From NCBI GenBank assembly GCA_963737905.1, contig CAVTUQ010000008.1:160001-224000 (forward strand): a stretch of 64,000 nucleotides of DNA, written 5' to 3'. Under the pieces are notes generated by a model. That model was not told where the DNA came from. It worked only from the letters and a program-made list of their open reading frames with translations, and searched no databases. A program made the position numbers and the translations under genes. The DNA is from an uncultured delta proteobacterium (GTDB lineage Bacteria; Desulfobacterota; Binatia; UBA9968). Below, piece after piece: positions 28,583 to 38,750 of this stretch. Position 1 is the stretch's first letter. Every line of letters starts with the position of its first letter.

Positions 28583-29090
28583 TCACTAATGAATGCCATA
28601 GGCGTTGTTCAAATCTTTAGCCGTCTTATTTTGCGTTTTCACGAGAGTGCGTCCTAACTACTAATCCAAAGCTCCTGGGTGCTCGGTTTAACGCACTCTT
28701 GTAAAGAAATTAGGATACAAACAGAGTCCATCTCCGTGGTGCAAAGCTATCTGACTGCGGCTCTTACGTCAACATGTGGGGAGTGGTGAGGTGTTCGGAC
28801 ACAAGACTATTGCAAGTTTGTGGTATTTGGATCTAAAGCTAGACCGCACTTCACTTGAAGAGGGAACATCCGCCGAAGATCGCCGGAGACGCGCTCGCCC
28901 TACACATTCCGGCGAGCCACGGATTATCTTCTTGACGCCCCATTCCCACTAGTGCTATTGCCTGTTTCACAACTTGGGTAGCCCCCTTTTTCTTGGATAG
29001 ATTTTTCTACTGAGTCTGATTTTTACACTTTAGTGGGGCTTAAACTGGGTCATCGTCAAGTCTTTATAATTGTTGAGGGAGGGTTTTAAT

Positions 29091-30683
29091 ATGTATAGCC
29101 ATTCTACCGTCACGACTTCGTTTTTCTCCGTCCTTATTGCTGCGCTCATTTTCTCGCTGTCTCTGGCGGGGATTGCCGCGGCGCAGGGCAACACCAGTCT
29201 TGGGGCAGGCGCGCTTCAGAACAACACTACGGGCAACTTTAACACCGCCATCGGACTCAACGCGCTCTTTACCAACAACACGGGCACCCAGAACACCGCC
29301 ACTGGAGTCAACGCGCTCCTTAGCAACACCAATGGCGATTTCAACACCGCCGACGGAGTCAACGCGCTTATTAGCAACACCACGGGCGACCAGAACACCG
29401 CCAACGGACACAGTGCGCTCTTTAGCAACACCACGGGCAGCTTCAACACGGCCAGTGGGCTCAATGCGCTCACTCTCAATACCACTGGTAGCCAGAACAG
29501 CGCCAGCGGAGTCAACGCGCTCTTTAGCAACACCACGGGCGGTCAGAACACCGCCAACGGAGTCAATGCGCTCACTTTCAATACCACGGGCAGCCAGAAC
29601 ACTGCCAGCGGAGTCACCGCGCTCTTTAGCAACACCACGGGAAACAACAACTCCGCCAGCGGATTCCAGGCGCTCATTAGCAACACCACGGGCGGTAACA
29701 ACACGGCCGGCGGAGTCAACGCGCTTTTTGGCAACACCACGGGAAACAACAACAGCGCCGGCGGATTCCAGGCGCTTTTTAGCAATACCACTGGGGACCA
29801 GAACACCGCCAGCGGATTCAACGCGCTTTTTAGCAACACCACGGGCGACCGCAACGCCGCCAGCGGAGACCAGGCGCTCATTAGCAACACCACAGGCAAC
29901 TTCAACACCGCCGTAGGGACCGTGGCGCTCCGTGACAACACCACGGGCACCTCCAACACCGCCTGCGGACCCGGTGCGCTCGCTTTTAACACCACGGGCA
30001 ACTCCAACACCGCCGGCGGACTTAATGCGCTCCTTTCAAACACCACGGGCAGCAACAACACCGCCATCGGGACCTCATCCGATGTATCTACTGGGAATCT
30101 GACCAACGCTACGGCTATCGGGACAGGTGCCATCGTCAATGCCAGCAACAAGATCCGCCTGGGAAACGGTGCGGTCACGGTGATCGAAGGGCAGGTGGCG
30201 TTTACTTTCCCTTCGGACAAGACCAAGAAGGAAAACCTCCAGCCGGTGGATGGAGAAGAAGTGCTGGGAAAGATTCGCGGCTTTGAGCTTTCGAGCTGGA
30301 ACTTCATTGGCCATGATCCTAAAGAGTTTCGCCACTATGGTCCCATGGCGCAAGATTTTTTTGGGGCTTTCGGCCACGATGGAGTCGGACAGATCGGCAC
30401 GGACACGACGATCAATTCAGGCGACCTGGCGGGGATTCTTATGATCGCTGTGCAGGCGCTAGAGAAGCGCACGGCGGAGCTAAAGCAGAAGGAAGCAAGG
30501 ATCGCCGTGCTGGAATCGAAACAGGAGGCATTCGTCAAAATGGTGGAGGAGCTAAAAGCGCAGCAAGCCTACTTTGAGACCGTAGCGGCGCGGCTGGAGG
30601 CGTTGGAGTTGCGAAACAATCACTCTATCCAGATAACAGCCGAGAAAAGCCTCGGCGACAATATGGTAGACGTGACGCCGTAA
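29091..30683 (+). CDS. Secreted fibre/adhesin-like protein with 17 x 17-aa repeats and a Peptidase_S74 chaperone domain (copy A)
   Basis: RBS plus ATG 29091. Signal peptide ending AAA-Q. xNTTGxxNTAxGxxALx repeats. SDKTKKEN...YGPMAQD and a C-terminal coiled coil. Confidence 0.85.
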   Translation: MYSHSTVTTSFFSVLIAALIFSLSLAGIAAAQGNTSLGAGALQNNTTGNFNTAIGLNALFTNNTGTQNTATGVNALLSNTNGDFNTADGVNALISNTTGDQNTANGHSALFSNTTGSFNTASGLNALTLNTTGSQNSASGVNALFSNTTGGQNTANGVNALTFNTTGSQNTASGVTALFSNTTGNNNSASGFQALISNTTGGNNTAGGVNALFGNTTGNNNSAGGFQALFSNTTGDQNTASGFNALFSNTTGDRNAASGDQALISNTTGNFNTAVGTVALRDNTTGTSNTACGPGALAFNTTGNSNTAGGLNALLSNTTGSNNTAIGTSSDVSTGNLTNATAIGTGAIVNASNKIRLGNGAVTVIEGQVAFTFPSDKTKKENLQPVDGEEVLGKIRGFELSSWNFIGHDPKEFRHYGPMAQDFFGAFGHDGVGQIGTDTTINSGDLAGILMIAVQALEKRTAELKQKEARIAVLESKQEAFVKMVEELKAQQAYFETVAARLEALELRNNHSIQITAEKSLGDNMVDVTP

Positions 30684-30885
30684 ATAATTGGTGATAGTCA
30701 AAAACAGCCTGATTTTGTTCTCTAGGCACTCCAGCTTTTGGAGCGTTTTTAAAGTGCCTGCCACATGGCCTATTTGATGTCTCTTTGCTTACCTTCTCTG
30801 GTTGCGGATTCGGACATCCCGAGGTCTTCTAAAGACGGTCATGTTATCACAGAAGGCGTAGCGCCCCCTCTTTCATCTCCTGGAC

Positions 30886-30998
30886 TTGTGCGGTGGATTT
30901 GTCGAACCGCGATTGGAAGTCGGCTCCCCTAAAGAGCGTTCTCAAGATGGCGCCTGGATCTATGAAATCAAACTGGGCGGCTATCGCTATCTCGCTGG
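30886..30998 (+). pseudogene. N-terminal remnant of an ATP-dependent DNA ligase (LigD/LigC-like)
   Basis: GFVEPRL...GAWIYEIKLGGYRYLA resembles FIEPML...WxYExKxDGYRxLA (motif I, D>G). Similarity stops immediately afterwards. Confidence 0.6.
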
Positions 30999-31649
30999 TA
31001 GACTCGGGTCCCAGAGATATACGGCGGTCGCTACGCTTGGCGCCAGTCTATTAGGTAATGCGTTGTCAGGCAGCAGAAGAAGTAAAGCCTTGAGCTCTGT
31101 GGCTAGCTCTAAGAAATTCCAGCTCTTCTCCGGCGGATCTCCGAATTGTCGGTCTGTGGTGAGATGGGCAATCTCCTTGTTGGCCCGCCTTCGGGCTTTT
31201 TTCAAGCTGTCGCTGATGGGACCTCTAAGATCCTCCCAAACATTCGCAGAGACACAGAAGTCTGCAGCAACCACGTCGGTAGGTCCGGTGGGTGGTAAGA
31301 AGATGAAGTCGATAATATTTCGCAGGTGTACGACAGCACCTTCGATAAGGAGGTTTCTGAGCCGTCCTAGGTCTTCGCGCGCTCCGGCAAATGTTAGAGA
31401 TGGCCCACTGGAAACTACAAGATTCGGCCCGTCAAACCGCGGTGCCAGCCAAAAGAAATGCTCAATCTCGTAAGACACATGATCATTTGAGTAACGCCAA
31501 AGATACGAGTCATTAAATGGGCGCCTGACTCGCGCTAGAGCTAGAGGGGCTGGATTCTGTTTTTGCACTCCAGGGTGGCGCATTCGAGGATCGCGAGGGC
31601 TAGAGCCGTACATTTTCAACCCGCGTGGCTGATTCCCCAGTTTTGCCAC
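30987..31649 (-). CDS. Hypothetical helical protein with HEPN-like R-x-H motif
   Basis: HVSYEIEHF, NLLIEGAVVHLRNIIDF and RRRANKEIAHLT. The start is uncertain and the N-terminal ~45 aa may be non-coding. Confidence 0.55.
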   Translation of the reverse strand: MAKLGNQPRGLKMYGSSPRDPRMRHPGVQKQNPAPLALARVRRPFNDSYLWRYSNDHVSYEIEHFFWLAPRFDGPNLVVSSGPSLTFAGAREDLGRLRNLLIEGAVVHLRNIIDFIFLPPTGPTDVVAADFCVSANVWEDLRGPISDSLKKARRRANKEIAHLTTDRQFGDPPEKSWNFLELATELKALLLLLPDNALPNRLAPSVATAVYLWDPSLPAR

Positions 31650-32080
31650 AGTGCGCTAGGAGCGGCAAGTGACGTACCGCCAAATTGAATAAAGTCAGGT
31701 GAAGGATCAGAAACCGTAGCCCCGCAAGAGGGAGAGAGGAATGTCCGCAACTGTGATGTCTCGCTGCTTTTCGGCCATACGTTGAGTTTAACAAATGGCC
31801 TATGTTACCTCTAGACCGACTTCCAGGACGGTCATGACCCCAGGAAACATAACGGACTGCGACGCTGCAACAGTACTTTGTTTAAATCCGCAGTGCGAAA
31901 AGGATCCAGATTCCATTCTTGTATTAGGACAGCCCGGAAAGAGAAGACCCGCAGTTAGAAAACCGTCAACTTTGTGTTTAATTATTTTGGACTAAATTCA
32001 CCAGGGCGAGGCCGGCGCTGGGCGCTTCACCCACCCACGAATGCCCAACTGAACCGCGCTGTTGCGTCCTATCCTGCCGG

Positions 32081-32110
32081 TTGACTTTTTAATGCGTCAA
32101 TAATTAAAGT
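32081..32110 (+). promoter_or_regulatory. Putative promoter with overlapping palindrome TTGAC-N10-GTCAA
   Basis: TTGACT at 32081, TAAAGT at 32105 and inverted repeat 32081-32100, upstream of RBS AGGAGG and ATG 32156. Confidence 0.35.
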
Positions 32111-32155
32111 TCCCTTCGGCTCGTCGCGTGCCTTAAATACAATAGGAGGTTTCCT

Positions 32156-33625
32156 ATGCTTAGCCATTCTACCAACAGTGCTTCGTTTTTCTCCGTCCTT
32201 GTGTTTGTGCTCATTTTCTCGATGTCTCTGGCGGGGGTTGCTGCGGCGCAGGGCAACACCAGTCTTGGGGCCGGCGCGCTTCAGAACAACACTACGGGCA
32301 ACTTTAACACCGCCATCGGACTCAACGCGCTCTTTACCAACAACACGGGCACCCAGAACACCGCCACTGGAGTCAACGCGCTCCTTAGCAACACCAATGG
32401 CGATTTCAACACCGCCGACGGAGTCAACGCACTCATTAGCAACACTACGGGCGACCAGAACACCGCCACTGGACACAGTGCGCTCTTTAGCAACACCACG
32501 GGCAGCTTCAACACGGCCAGCGGACTCAATGCGCTCACTCACAACACCACAGGCAGCCAGAACAGCGCCAGCGGAGTCAATGCGCTTCTTAGCAACACCA
32601 CAGGCGGCCAGAACACCGCCACTGGAGTCAACGCACTCTTTAGCAACACCACAGGCAGCCAGAACACCGCCACCGGAGTCCATACGCTCTTTAGCAACAC
32701 CACGGGTGGCAACAACACCGCCAGCGGATTCCAGGCGCTCATTAGCAACACCACGGGCAGCCAGAACACCGCCAGCGGAGTCAATGCGCTCTTTAGCAAT
32801 ACCGGGGGTGCCGCAAATACCGCTATCGGATTCCGTGCGCTGTCTGCTAACACTGCAGGCTCGCTCAACATTGCCGTCGGAGGCGATGCGCTCCTTAGCA
32901 ACACCATTGGCAACCAAAACACCGCCATCGGGATCGAGGCAATGTCTGACAATACGATGGGTGGCGCAAATACGGCTATCGGAGAAAGTTCGCTGCCAAA
33001 CAACACTACGGGCACGACCAACACCGCCATCGGTTTCGGTACGCTCTTTAGCAATACCACGGGCTTCGACAACACCGCCATAGGGGCCTTCGCCGGTGTG
33101 TCTACCGCGAATCTGCAAAACGCTACGGCTATCGGCTTCGGAGCGATCGTCGATGCTAACAATAAGATCCGCCTGGGAAATACTGCTGTCACGGTGATCC
33201 AAGGGCAGGTGGCGTTTACTGCCAGTTCGGACAAGACCCAGAAGGAAAACTTCCAGCCGGTGGATGGAGAAGAAGTGCTGGAAAAGATTCGCGGCTTTGA
33301 GCTTTCGAGCTGGAACTTCATTGGCCACGATCCTAAACAGTTTCGTCACTATGGTCCCATGGCGCAAGACTTCTTTGGGGCTTTCGGCCACGATGGAGTC
33401 GGACAGATCGGCACGGACACGACGATCAATTCAGGCGACCTGGCGGGAATTCTTATGATCGCCGTGCAGGCGCTGGAGAAGCGCACGGCAGAGCTAAAAC
33501 AGAAGGAGGCACAGATTGAAGCGCTGGAATCGCGGTTGGAGGCGCTGGAGTTGCGACAGAATCCCTCTATCCAGATAAGCGCCGAGAAAAGCCTCGGCGA
33601 CAATCTGGTCAAGGCGATGCCATAG
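32156..33625 (+). CDS. Secreted fibre/adhesin-like protein with 16 x 17-aa repeats and a Peptidase_S74 domain (copy B)
   Basis: Paralog of 29091-30683 with AGGAGG RBS, signal peptide and SDKTQKEN motif. Confidence 0.87.
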   Translation: MLSHSTNSASFFSVLVFVLIFSMSLAGVAAAQGNTSLGAGALQNNTTGNFNTAIGLNALFTNNTGTQNTATGVNALLSNTNGDFNTADGVNALISNTTGDQNTATGHSALFSNTTGSFNTASGLNALTHNTTGSQNSASGVNALLSNTTGGQNTATGVNALFSNTTGSQNTATGVHTLFSNTTGGNNTASGFQALISNTTGSQNTASGVNALFSNTGGAANTAIGFRALSANTAGSLNIAVGGDALLSNTIGNQNTAIGIEAMSDNTMGGANTAIGESSLPNNTTGTTNTAIGFGTLFSNTTGFDNTAIGAFAGVSTANLQNATAIGFGAIVDANNKIRLGNTAVTVIQGQVAFTASSDKTQKENFQPVDGEEVLEKIRGFELSSWNFIGHDPKQFRHYGPMAQDFFGAFGHDGVGQIGTDTTINSGDLAGILMIAVQALEKRTAELKQKEAQIEALESRLEALELRQNPSIQISAEKSLGDNLVKAMP

Positions 33626-33626
33626 G

Positions 33627-33894
33627 AAAGGCGCTTCTCGGTCCGTCGTGGTTAAAGGGAAACCGGTGGGAGATATTGTCCTTGAGGAGCGACGGTGATT
33701 CTTTACTTGGATACGACTGCTCTCGTGAAAATCTACGTTGAGGAAACCAGAAGTGCTGATGTCAGGGAAATGCGAGAAAAGCTGAAGGTCTCGCGACATC
33801 GAGAATTGCCTACGCGGTGAAGTAGTAAGAGGGATAGGCCGAGACGGGTGCCATCTTGGCATAGGATGAGTTCTGGAGATCACCACAAAGTCAG
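33627..33894 (+). repeat. Duplicated segment A (copy of 38556-38779) containing the antitoxin 3' end, a vapC-like 5' remnant and the GT2 start
   Basis: Near-identical flanks (aaaggcgcttctcggtccg...; ...ggagatcaccacaaagtcag). GTG 33695 encodes VILYLDTTALVKIYVEE, followed by frameshifted ATSRIAYA (PIN domain). Confidence 0.85.
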
Positions 33895-34346
33895 GGGAAT
33901 CCCGATAGCGGCCAGCCATCGCTTTTAGGCAACTTTACGGTTTATAGGTACCCGGCCGGCAAAGACCCCATGCTGAGCATCTTGTGGGGCTGGCGTGGGC
34001 CGGACCGTCGCCAAAACAGTCGCAAAGCTTGGAAACTTATAGTAAATAAGGGCATCTCTTTGGTACCCGTACGGGTAGATTTGCAATTCAACTAACATGC
34101 GGGTCGCCCTTATTCACGACTGGCTTATTACGACACGCGGGGGAGAGAAGTGCCTGGAGGCTTTTTGTGAGCTATACCCCCAAGCCGATGTTTATACGCT
34201 CGTTTATTTGCCAGATCGAGTTTCGAGTTTGATCAAATCGATGAACATTACGCTTCAAGACTGAACAATGTCCCACACATCGAACGCGTCTATCGCTACT
34301 GTCTCCCTCTATTTCCACGGGTCATTGAATCGATCTCATCGTCTCG
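33891..34346 (+). repeat. Duplicated segment B (copy of 40399-40874) containing a truncated, frameshifted GT4 start
   Basis: Near-identical to the upstream region and first ~270 nt of the 40605 gene. ATG 34097 gives MRVALIHDWL. There is a 1-nt deletion near 34250. Confidence 0.9.
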
Positions 34347-34742
34347 CCGAGGCTACTATCTGAGGCACGTGCTACTCGTCGGAAAAACATTTCGAATTTC
34401 GGAAGTTAGACAGAGCACAGTTAATGCGTTATTTTCTTGTTTGTTGGAGGTTTTCAACGAACCAATGAATTTACCGCGATTGTCGAACATGATGGCGAGT
34501 GTTTCATTGCCTAGGTTTGAAATCCCAAGTGGAAACGGGCAAGGTCGGACTAAGTAAAAGAGGCACGATTGCTATCTTAAACGAGACGGTAGCGCTAACC
34601 CGTGGTGGGCGAACCCAATCACCGCCGCGGTTGAAGCCGTACCTCGACGCGCTGAGATCCCGAACCAGTTTGCAAGAAAAATGCGTCGGACAGGAAAAAT
34701 CTGTTCGAATATTGAAGAGCGACGACTATAGCGACTGCTCCA

Positions 34743-35627
34743 ATGGCTCGTAGAGGTATCCTACTTGCGGGTGGCTCCGGGACGCGGCTGTATCCGATCA
34801 CCCAAGCCGTGAGCAAACAACTCCTGCCGGTATACGACAAACCAATGATCTATTATCCGCTGACAACCTTGTTGTTGGCGGGCATACGCGAAATCTTATT
34901 GATCTCCACACCGCAAGATCTACCAAGATTTCGACAATTGCTGGACGACGGGTCGCAGTGGGGTTTGCGCATCGAGTACGCTGCTCAACCGCGTCCCGAT
35001 GGAATTGCTCAGGCGTTTATCATTGCACGGGATTTTATCGGTCATGACCCCTGCATATTGATTTTGGGAGACAATATTTTCTTCGGACACGACATGACTC
35101 TAATGCTGCGGGAGAGAGCCCTGCAGACACAGGGCGCCACCGTGTTCGCGTACCGGGTTAACAATCCTGAGGCTTACGGGGTCGTCGAGTTCGATTCGAA
35201 TGAACGCGCGATCAGCATTGAAGAGAAACCTGTCAAACCAAAATCCAATTATGCCGTTACCGGTCTGTATTTCTACGATAACCAGGTGCTGAGCATTGCG
35301 CGAGATCTCCAACCCTCTGCACGGGGCGAGCTAGAGATTACGGACGTCAATTCCGCCTATCTCAAGTCCAACATGCTTGATGTCGCCATTCTCGGTCGAG
35401 GTGTCGCATGGTTAGATACAGGAACTCACGAGACGCTATTAGAAGCTTCGCAGTTTTTCGAAACCCTTGAAAAGCGGCAGGGGTTAAGAATTGCCTGCCC
35501 GGAAGAAGTCGCGTACCGCATGGGTTATATCGATGCTGCTCAGGTCGAACGTCTAGCAGAGCCGTATAAAAAAACTGGTTACGGGCGATACTTGTTGAGT
35601 ATCCTCCAAGAACGACTGCTCTCATGA
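34743..35627 (+). CDS. rmlA: Glucose-1-phosphate thymidylyltransferase
   Basis: [43 protein letters not shown] and WLDTGT. Confidence 0.97.
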   Translation: MARRGILLAGGSGTRLYPITQAVSKQLLPVYDKPMIYYPLTTLLLAGIREILLISTPQDLPRFRQLLDDGSQWGLRIEYAAQPRPDGIAQAFIIARDFIGHDPCILILGDNIFFGHDMTLMLRERALQTQGATVFAYRVNNPEAYGVVEFDSNERAISIEEKPVKPKSNYAVTGLYFYDNQVLSIARDLQPSARGELEITDVNSAYLKSNMLDVAILGRGVAWLDTGTHETLLEASQFFETLEKRQGLRIACPEEVAYRMGYIDAAQVERLAEPYKKTGYGRYLLSILQERLLS

Positions 35628-36175
35628 AATTCGTTTCCACCGATCTGCCTGGCGTGATCATTGCTGAACCGCAGGTATTCCGAGATGAGCGCGGTTTCCT
35701 GATGGAAACCTGGCACGCAAACAAGTTCGCCGATGCTGGCATTCACGAGACATTCGTCCAGGACAATCACACCCGGTCGGCGCGCGGTGTTTTGCGTGGC
35801 ATGCATGTCCAGCTGAGACAGAGTCAGGGCAAATTGGTGCGTGTAGCCCGCGGAGCAATCTTTGATGTCGCCGTGGATCTGCGCGCCCATTCAACCTATT
35901 TCGGTAAATGGACCGGGCATATTCTCTCAGAAGAGAACCAGCGTCTACTGTGGATTCCTCAAGGTTTCGCGCATGGTTTTTACGTCCTTTCTGAAATCGC
36001 CGACGTTCTTTATAAGTGCACGGACTTTTATTCCCCTGAAAATGAGCGCACCCTACGTTGGGATGATCCCGACGTCGGCATCCGCTGGCCTTTATCGGGC
36101 GGGCAGCTTCCGGCGTTGTCCGCGAGGGACGCCAAAGGACTGATGCTCCGTGAGTTACGACAGTTCCTGCTATGA
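35624..36175 (+). CDS. rmlC: dTDP-4-dehydrorhamnose 3,5-epimerase
   Basis: DERGF, FVQDNH, VLRGMH, QGKLVRV and GFAHGF. Confidence 0.96.
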   Translation: MKFVSTDLPGVIIAEPQVFRDERGFLMETWHANKFADAGIHETFVQDNHTRSARGVLRGMHVQLRQSQGKLVRVARGAIFDVAVDLRAHSTYFGKWTGHILSEENQRLLWIPQGFAHGFYVLSEIADVLYKCTDFYSPENERTLRWDDPDVGIRWPLSGGQLPALSARDAKGLMLRELRQFLL

Positions 36176-37041
36176 AAGTTTTGATTACAGGTGCGGGGGG
36201 CCAACTTGGCCGCGCGCTTTGTGCTGCGGCGCCATCGGGCTTTGCCGTCACCGCGCTAGACAGACAGAAGTTGGATATCGCCGCACCGGAAGCAATCCGC
36301 GCGGCGATATCCCGATATAATCCTGAACTCATTCTCAACGCGGCGGCTTACACTCAAGTAGACCGAGCTGAAACCCAGCGGGAAGAAGCCTATGCAGTTA
36401 ATGCCGACGGCCCACAGTATCTGGTCGAAGTGGCGAATACGATCGGCGCTCGCCTGATTCACATCTCGACAGACTACGTGTTCAATGGTCATTCATCACG
36501 GCCATACCAGCCGGAGGATCCGACTGAGCCGCTGAATGTCTACGGGGCGAGCAAACTAGAGGGTGAAAAGCGGGTGCGGTCGCTTTGTCCCGAAAGGACA
36601 CTCATCTTGCGGAGCGGGTGGTTATACGATGCCCATGGGAAGAATTTCGTGATGACGATGCTTAAACTTATGCGTGAGCGGGAAGAGCTTGGCGTCGTTA
36701 CAGACGAATTCGGTACGCCAACGTGGTCGAGAACGCTTGCAGGTGCAGTCTGGCTCGCGGCGGGGCGCGAAGCATTACACGGTATCTACCATTGGAGCGA
36801 TGGGGGAGTCGCCAGCCGATATGAATTCGCCATCGCGATTCAGGAGGAGGCGCTTGCGTTGAGACTGCTCGCCCGTCCTATCAGAATTCGGCCGATCCGT
36901 GTGGCAGAGTACCCGCTCGCCGCGCGGCGACCTGCCTACACTGTGCTGGATAAGGCGGCGACCATCGCAGATTTCGGCCTCACGCCGATCCACTGGCGTA
37001 TGGCGCTGCGCCAGATGCTTGCCGGGTTAACCCATGCATAG
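36172..37041 (+). CDS. rmlD: dTDP-4-dehydrorhamnose reductase
   Basis: ITGAGGQLG, NAAAYTQVDRAE, ISTDYVFNG and YGASKLEGE. Confidence 0.95.
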   Translation: MKVLITGAGGQLGRALCAAAPSGFAVTALDRQKLDIAAPEAIRAAISRYNPELILNAAAYTQVDRAETQREEAYAVNADGPQYLVEVANTIGARLIHISTDYVFNGHSSRPYQPEDPTEPLNVYGASKLEGEKRVRSLCPERTLILRSGWLYDAHGKNFVMTMLKLMREREELGVVTDEFGTPTWSRTLAGAVWLAAGREALHGIYHWSDGGVASRYEFAIAIQEEALALRLLARPIRIRPIRVAEYPLAARRPAYTVLDKAATIADFGLTPIHWRMALRQMLAGLTHA

Positions 37042-38140
37042 ATTGCTCATCACGGGCGGCGCAGGTTTCATCGGCACGAACTTCGTCCGTTACTGGATCC
37101 GACAACATCGTGGCGATTTCGTTGTAGTGCTCGATGCCCTGACCTATGCTGCTAATCGCGAAAATTTAGAGCCGTTCGCGGGGCAGCCGAATTTCAAGTT
37201 TGTGCATGGAAACATTCTCGACCGGGAGCTGGTTACGAATTTAGTGACTGAGCACAGTCTCGATACCATCGTTCACTTCGCCGCCGAATCTCATGTGGAC
37301 CGCTCGATTGTAGCCCCTGATGCCTTCATCGAAACAAACGTCGTCGGTACCCATAACTTGCTCAAGACCGCATACGATGTTTGGTTCAAACGCGTCAACG
37401 GCTTCGCTGGCTGTCGCTTTCATCACGTTTCGACGGACGAAGTCTACGGTTCGCTCGGTCCGACGGATCCCGGCTTTACCGAAAGCGATCCCTACGCACC
37501 AAACTCACCCTATGCAGCCAGTAAGGCGGCAGCAGATCACCTGGTCCGTGCCTATCACAATACCTACCGCTTACCGGTTACAATTAGTAACTGTTCGAAT
37601 AACTACGGCCCCTATCAGTTTCCGGAGAAACTCATCCCGCTTGTGCTCATTAACGCTCTCAACGGAAAGAAATTACCGCTTTATGGCGACGGCAAGAATG
37701 TCCGTGACTGGTTGCATGTAGAAGACCATTGCCGCGGCCTCGAACTCGTGCTCGAGCGCGGGCGCGTCGGCGAAACCTACAACATTGGCGGTGGCAATGA
37801 GCGTAGTAACATCGCGATCGTCACACAGATTTGCCGTCTGGTGGACGAGTTCTTTGTGGAGGATGAACAATTGCGGGGACGTTTCCCGAATTGTCCGGCC
37901 GCGCTTGGAGAGAAAAACGAAACCTTGATCAGTTTTGTTACCGATCGGCCCGGCCATGACCGTCGGTACTCGATCAATACGGACCGAGCCCGTCACGAGC
38001 TTGGTTATATGCCGGCAGAGACGCTGGATTCGGGCCTGGTCAAAACAATCACCTGGTATCTTGAGAACGAGCCATGGTGGCGTGGTTTGATGCGGGATGA
38101 TTATCGCGATTGGATTAGCCGCCAGTATGGGATGGAATGA
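37034..38140 (+). CDS. rmlB: dTDP-glucose 4,6-dehydratase
   Basis: TGGAGFIG, HFAAESHVDRSI, STDEVYG, PNSPYAASKA and DRPGHDRRY. Confidence 0.97.
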   Translation: MHRLLITGGAGFIGTNFVRYWIRQHRGDFVVVLDALTYAANRENLEPFAGQPNFKFVHGNILDRELVTNLVTEHSLDTIVHFAAESHVDRSIVAPDAFIETNVVGTHNLLKTAYDVWFKRVNGFAGCRFHHVSTDEVYGSLGPTDPGFTESDPYAPNSPYAASKAAADHLVRAYHNTYRLPVTISNCSNNYGPYQFPEKLIPLVLINALNGKKLPLYGDGKNVRDWLHVEDHCRGLELVLERGRVGETYNIGGGNERSNIAIVTQICRLVDEFFVEDEQLRGRFPNCPAALGEKNETLISFVTDRPGHDRRYSINTDRARHELGYMPAETLDSGLVKTITWYLENEPWWRGLMRDDYRDWISRQYGME

Positions 38141-38301
38141 ATATTTGCTGGACATCGAGCACGGAGCAGCGACCTCGCCCTACCACGAGCTATTCTACAT
38201 TCTCGCCTGGCGTGATGTGGCCGTGTGTTAACTATGGCGGGCAGCTCGGGCTTTGGTTCAATCTTTGGTAGCCTGCCTGCTTATGGCATTCGGCAGCATG
38301 A

Positions 38302-38410
38302 GCGTTGTTAACTGGAACGGTGAAAGATTTCTTAAAGATTGCCTCAGCGCCCTTCGGACCAAAGCTATGTTAATCACGCGAAATCATTCTTGTCGATAAC
38401 GGCTTCTCTG
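38302..38410 (+). pseudogene. Diverged fragment of the adjacent GT2 5' end
   Basis: gttaactggaacggtgaaagatttcttaaagattgcctc...aaatcattcttgtcgataacggc aligns with 38790-38885, with indels. Confidence 0.7.
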
Positions 38411-38673
38411 GAGAGGTCAAGAAAGGCCGTTCCATCATGATCACGGAAAGAGGGAAAATCGTTGCGACGATCGTTCCTGTCCAACAGCATCCTGATGCTG
38501 AGAGCTCAAAGAACTGGCCAGAAGCGGTGTAGGAACCTGGCGGGGGAGAAAGCCCAAAGGCGCTTCTCGGTCCGTCGTGGTTAAAGGGAAACCGGTAGGA
38601 GATATTGTCCTTGAGGAGCGACGGTGATTCTTTACTTGGATATGACTGCTCTCGTGAAAATCTACGTTGAGGA
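38411..38673 (+). pseudogene. Remnant of a type II toxin-antitoxin pair (Phd/YefM antitoxin and VapC/PIN toxin)
   Basis: EVKKGRSIMITERGKIVATIVP, a frameshift, then ...GKPVGDIVLEERR*. This overlaps (GTGA, 38624) VILYLDMTALVKIYVE, which is truncated. Confidence 0.75.
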
Positions 38674-38750
38674 CTGCGGCGGGAAAAGAAGATCTGCGGG
38701 TGGTGAAGTAGCAAGAGGGATAGGCCGAGCGAGTGCCATCTTGGCATAGG

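Noticed and set aside
30886-31473. 195-aa plus-strand ORF as a functional DNA ligase
   Set aside because: Only the first ~38 codons resemble a ligase, the KxDG motif is mutated, and the rest is antisense to the 30987-31649 ORF.
28891-32040. REP-like half sites (gcgctcgccctac at 28891; cgcttcacccaccc near 32023)
   Set aside because: They are single, incomplete palindromes that are not repeated in the window, and no RAYT gene is seen.
29064-33391. Long antisense and alternate-frame ORFs over the fibre genes (e.g. 32069-33391 minus)
   Set aside because: They are shadows of low-complexity repeats that lack stop codons in other frames.
29091-33625. Diversity-generating retroelement (AAC-rich paralogous repeats)
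   Set aside because: Differences between the copies affect all bases and are largely synonymous in the conserved parts. No reverse transcriptase is in the window.
34585-34595. ops/JUMPStart-like GACGGTAGCGC upstream of rmlA
   Set aside because: It has mismatches to GGCGGTAGCGT, lacks the rest of the JUMPStart context and is too short to support.
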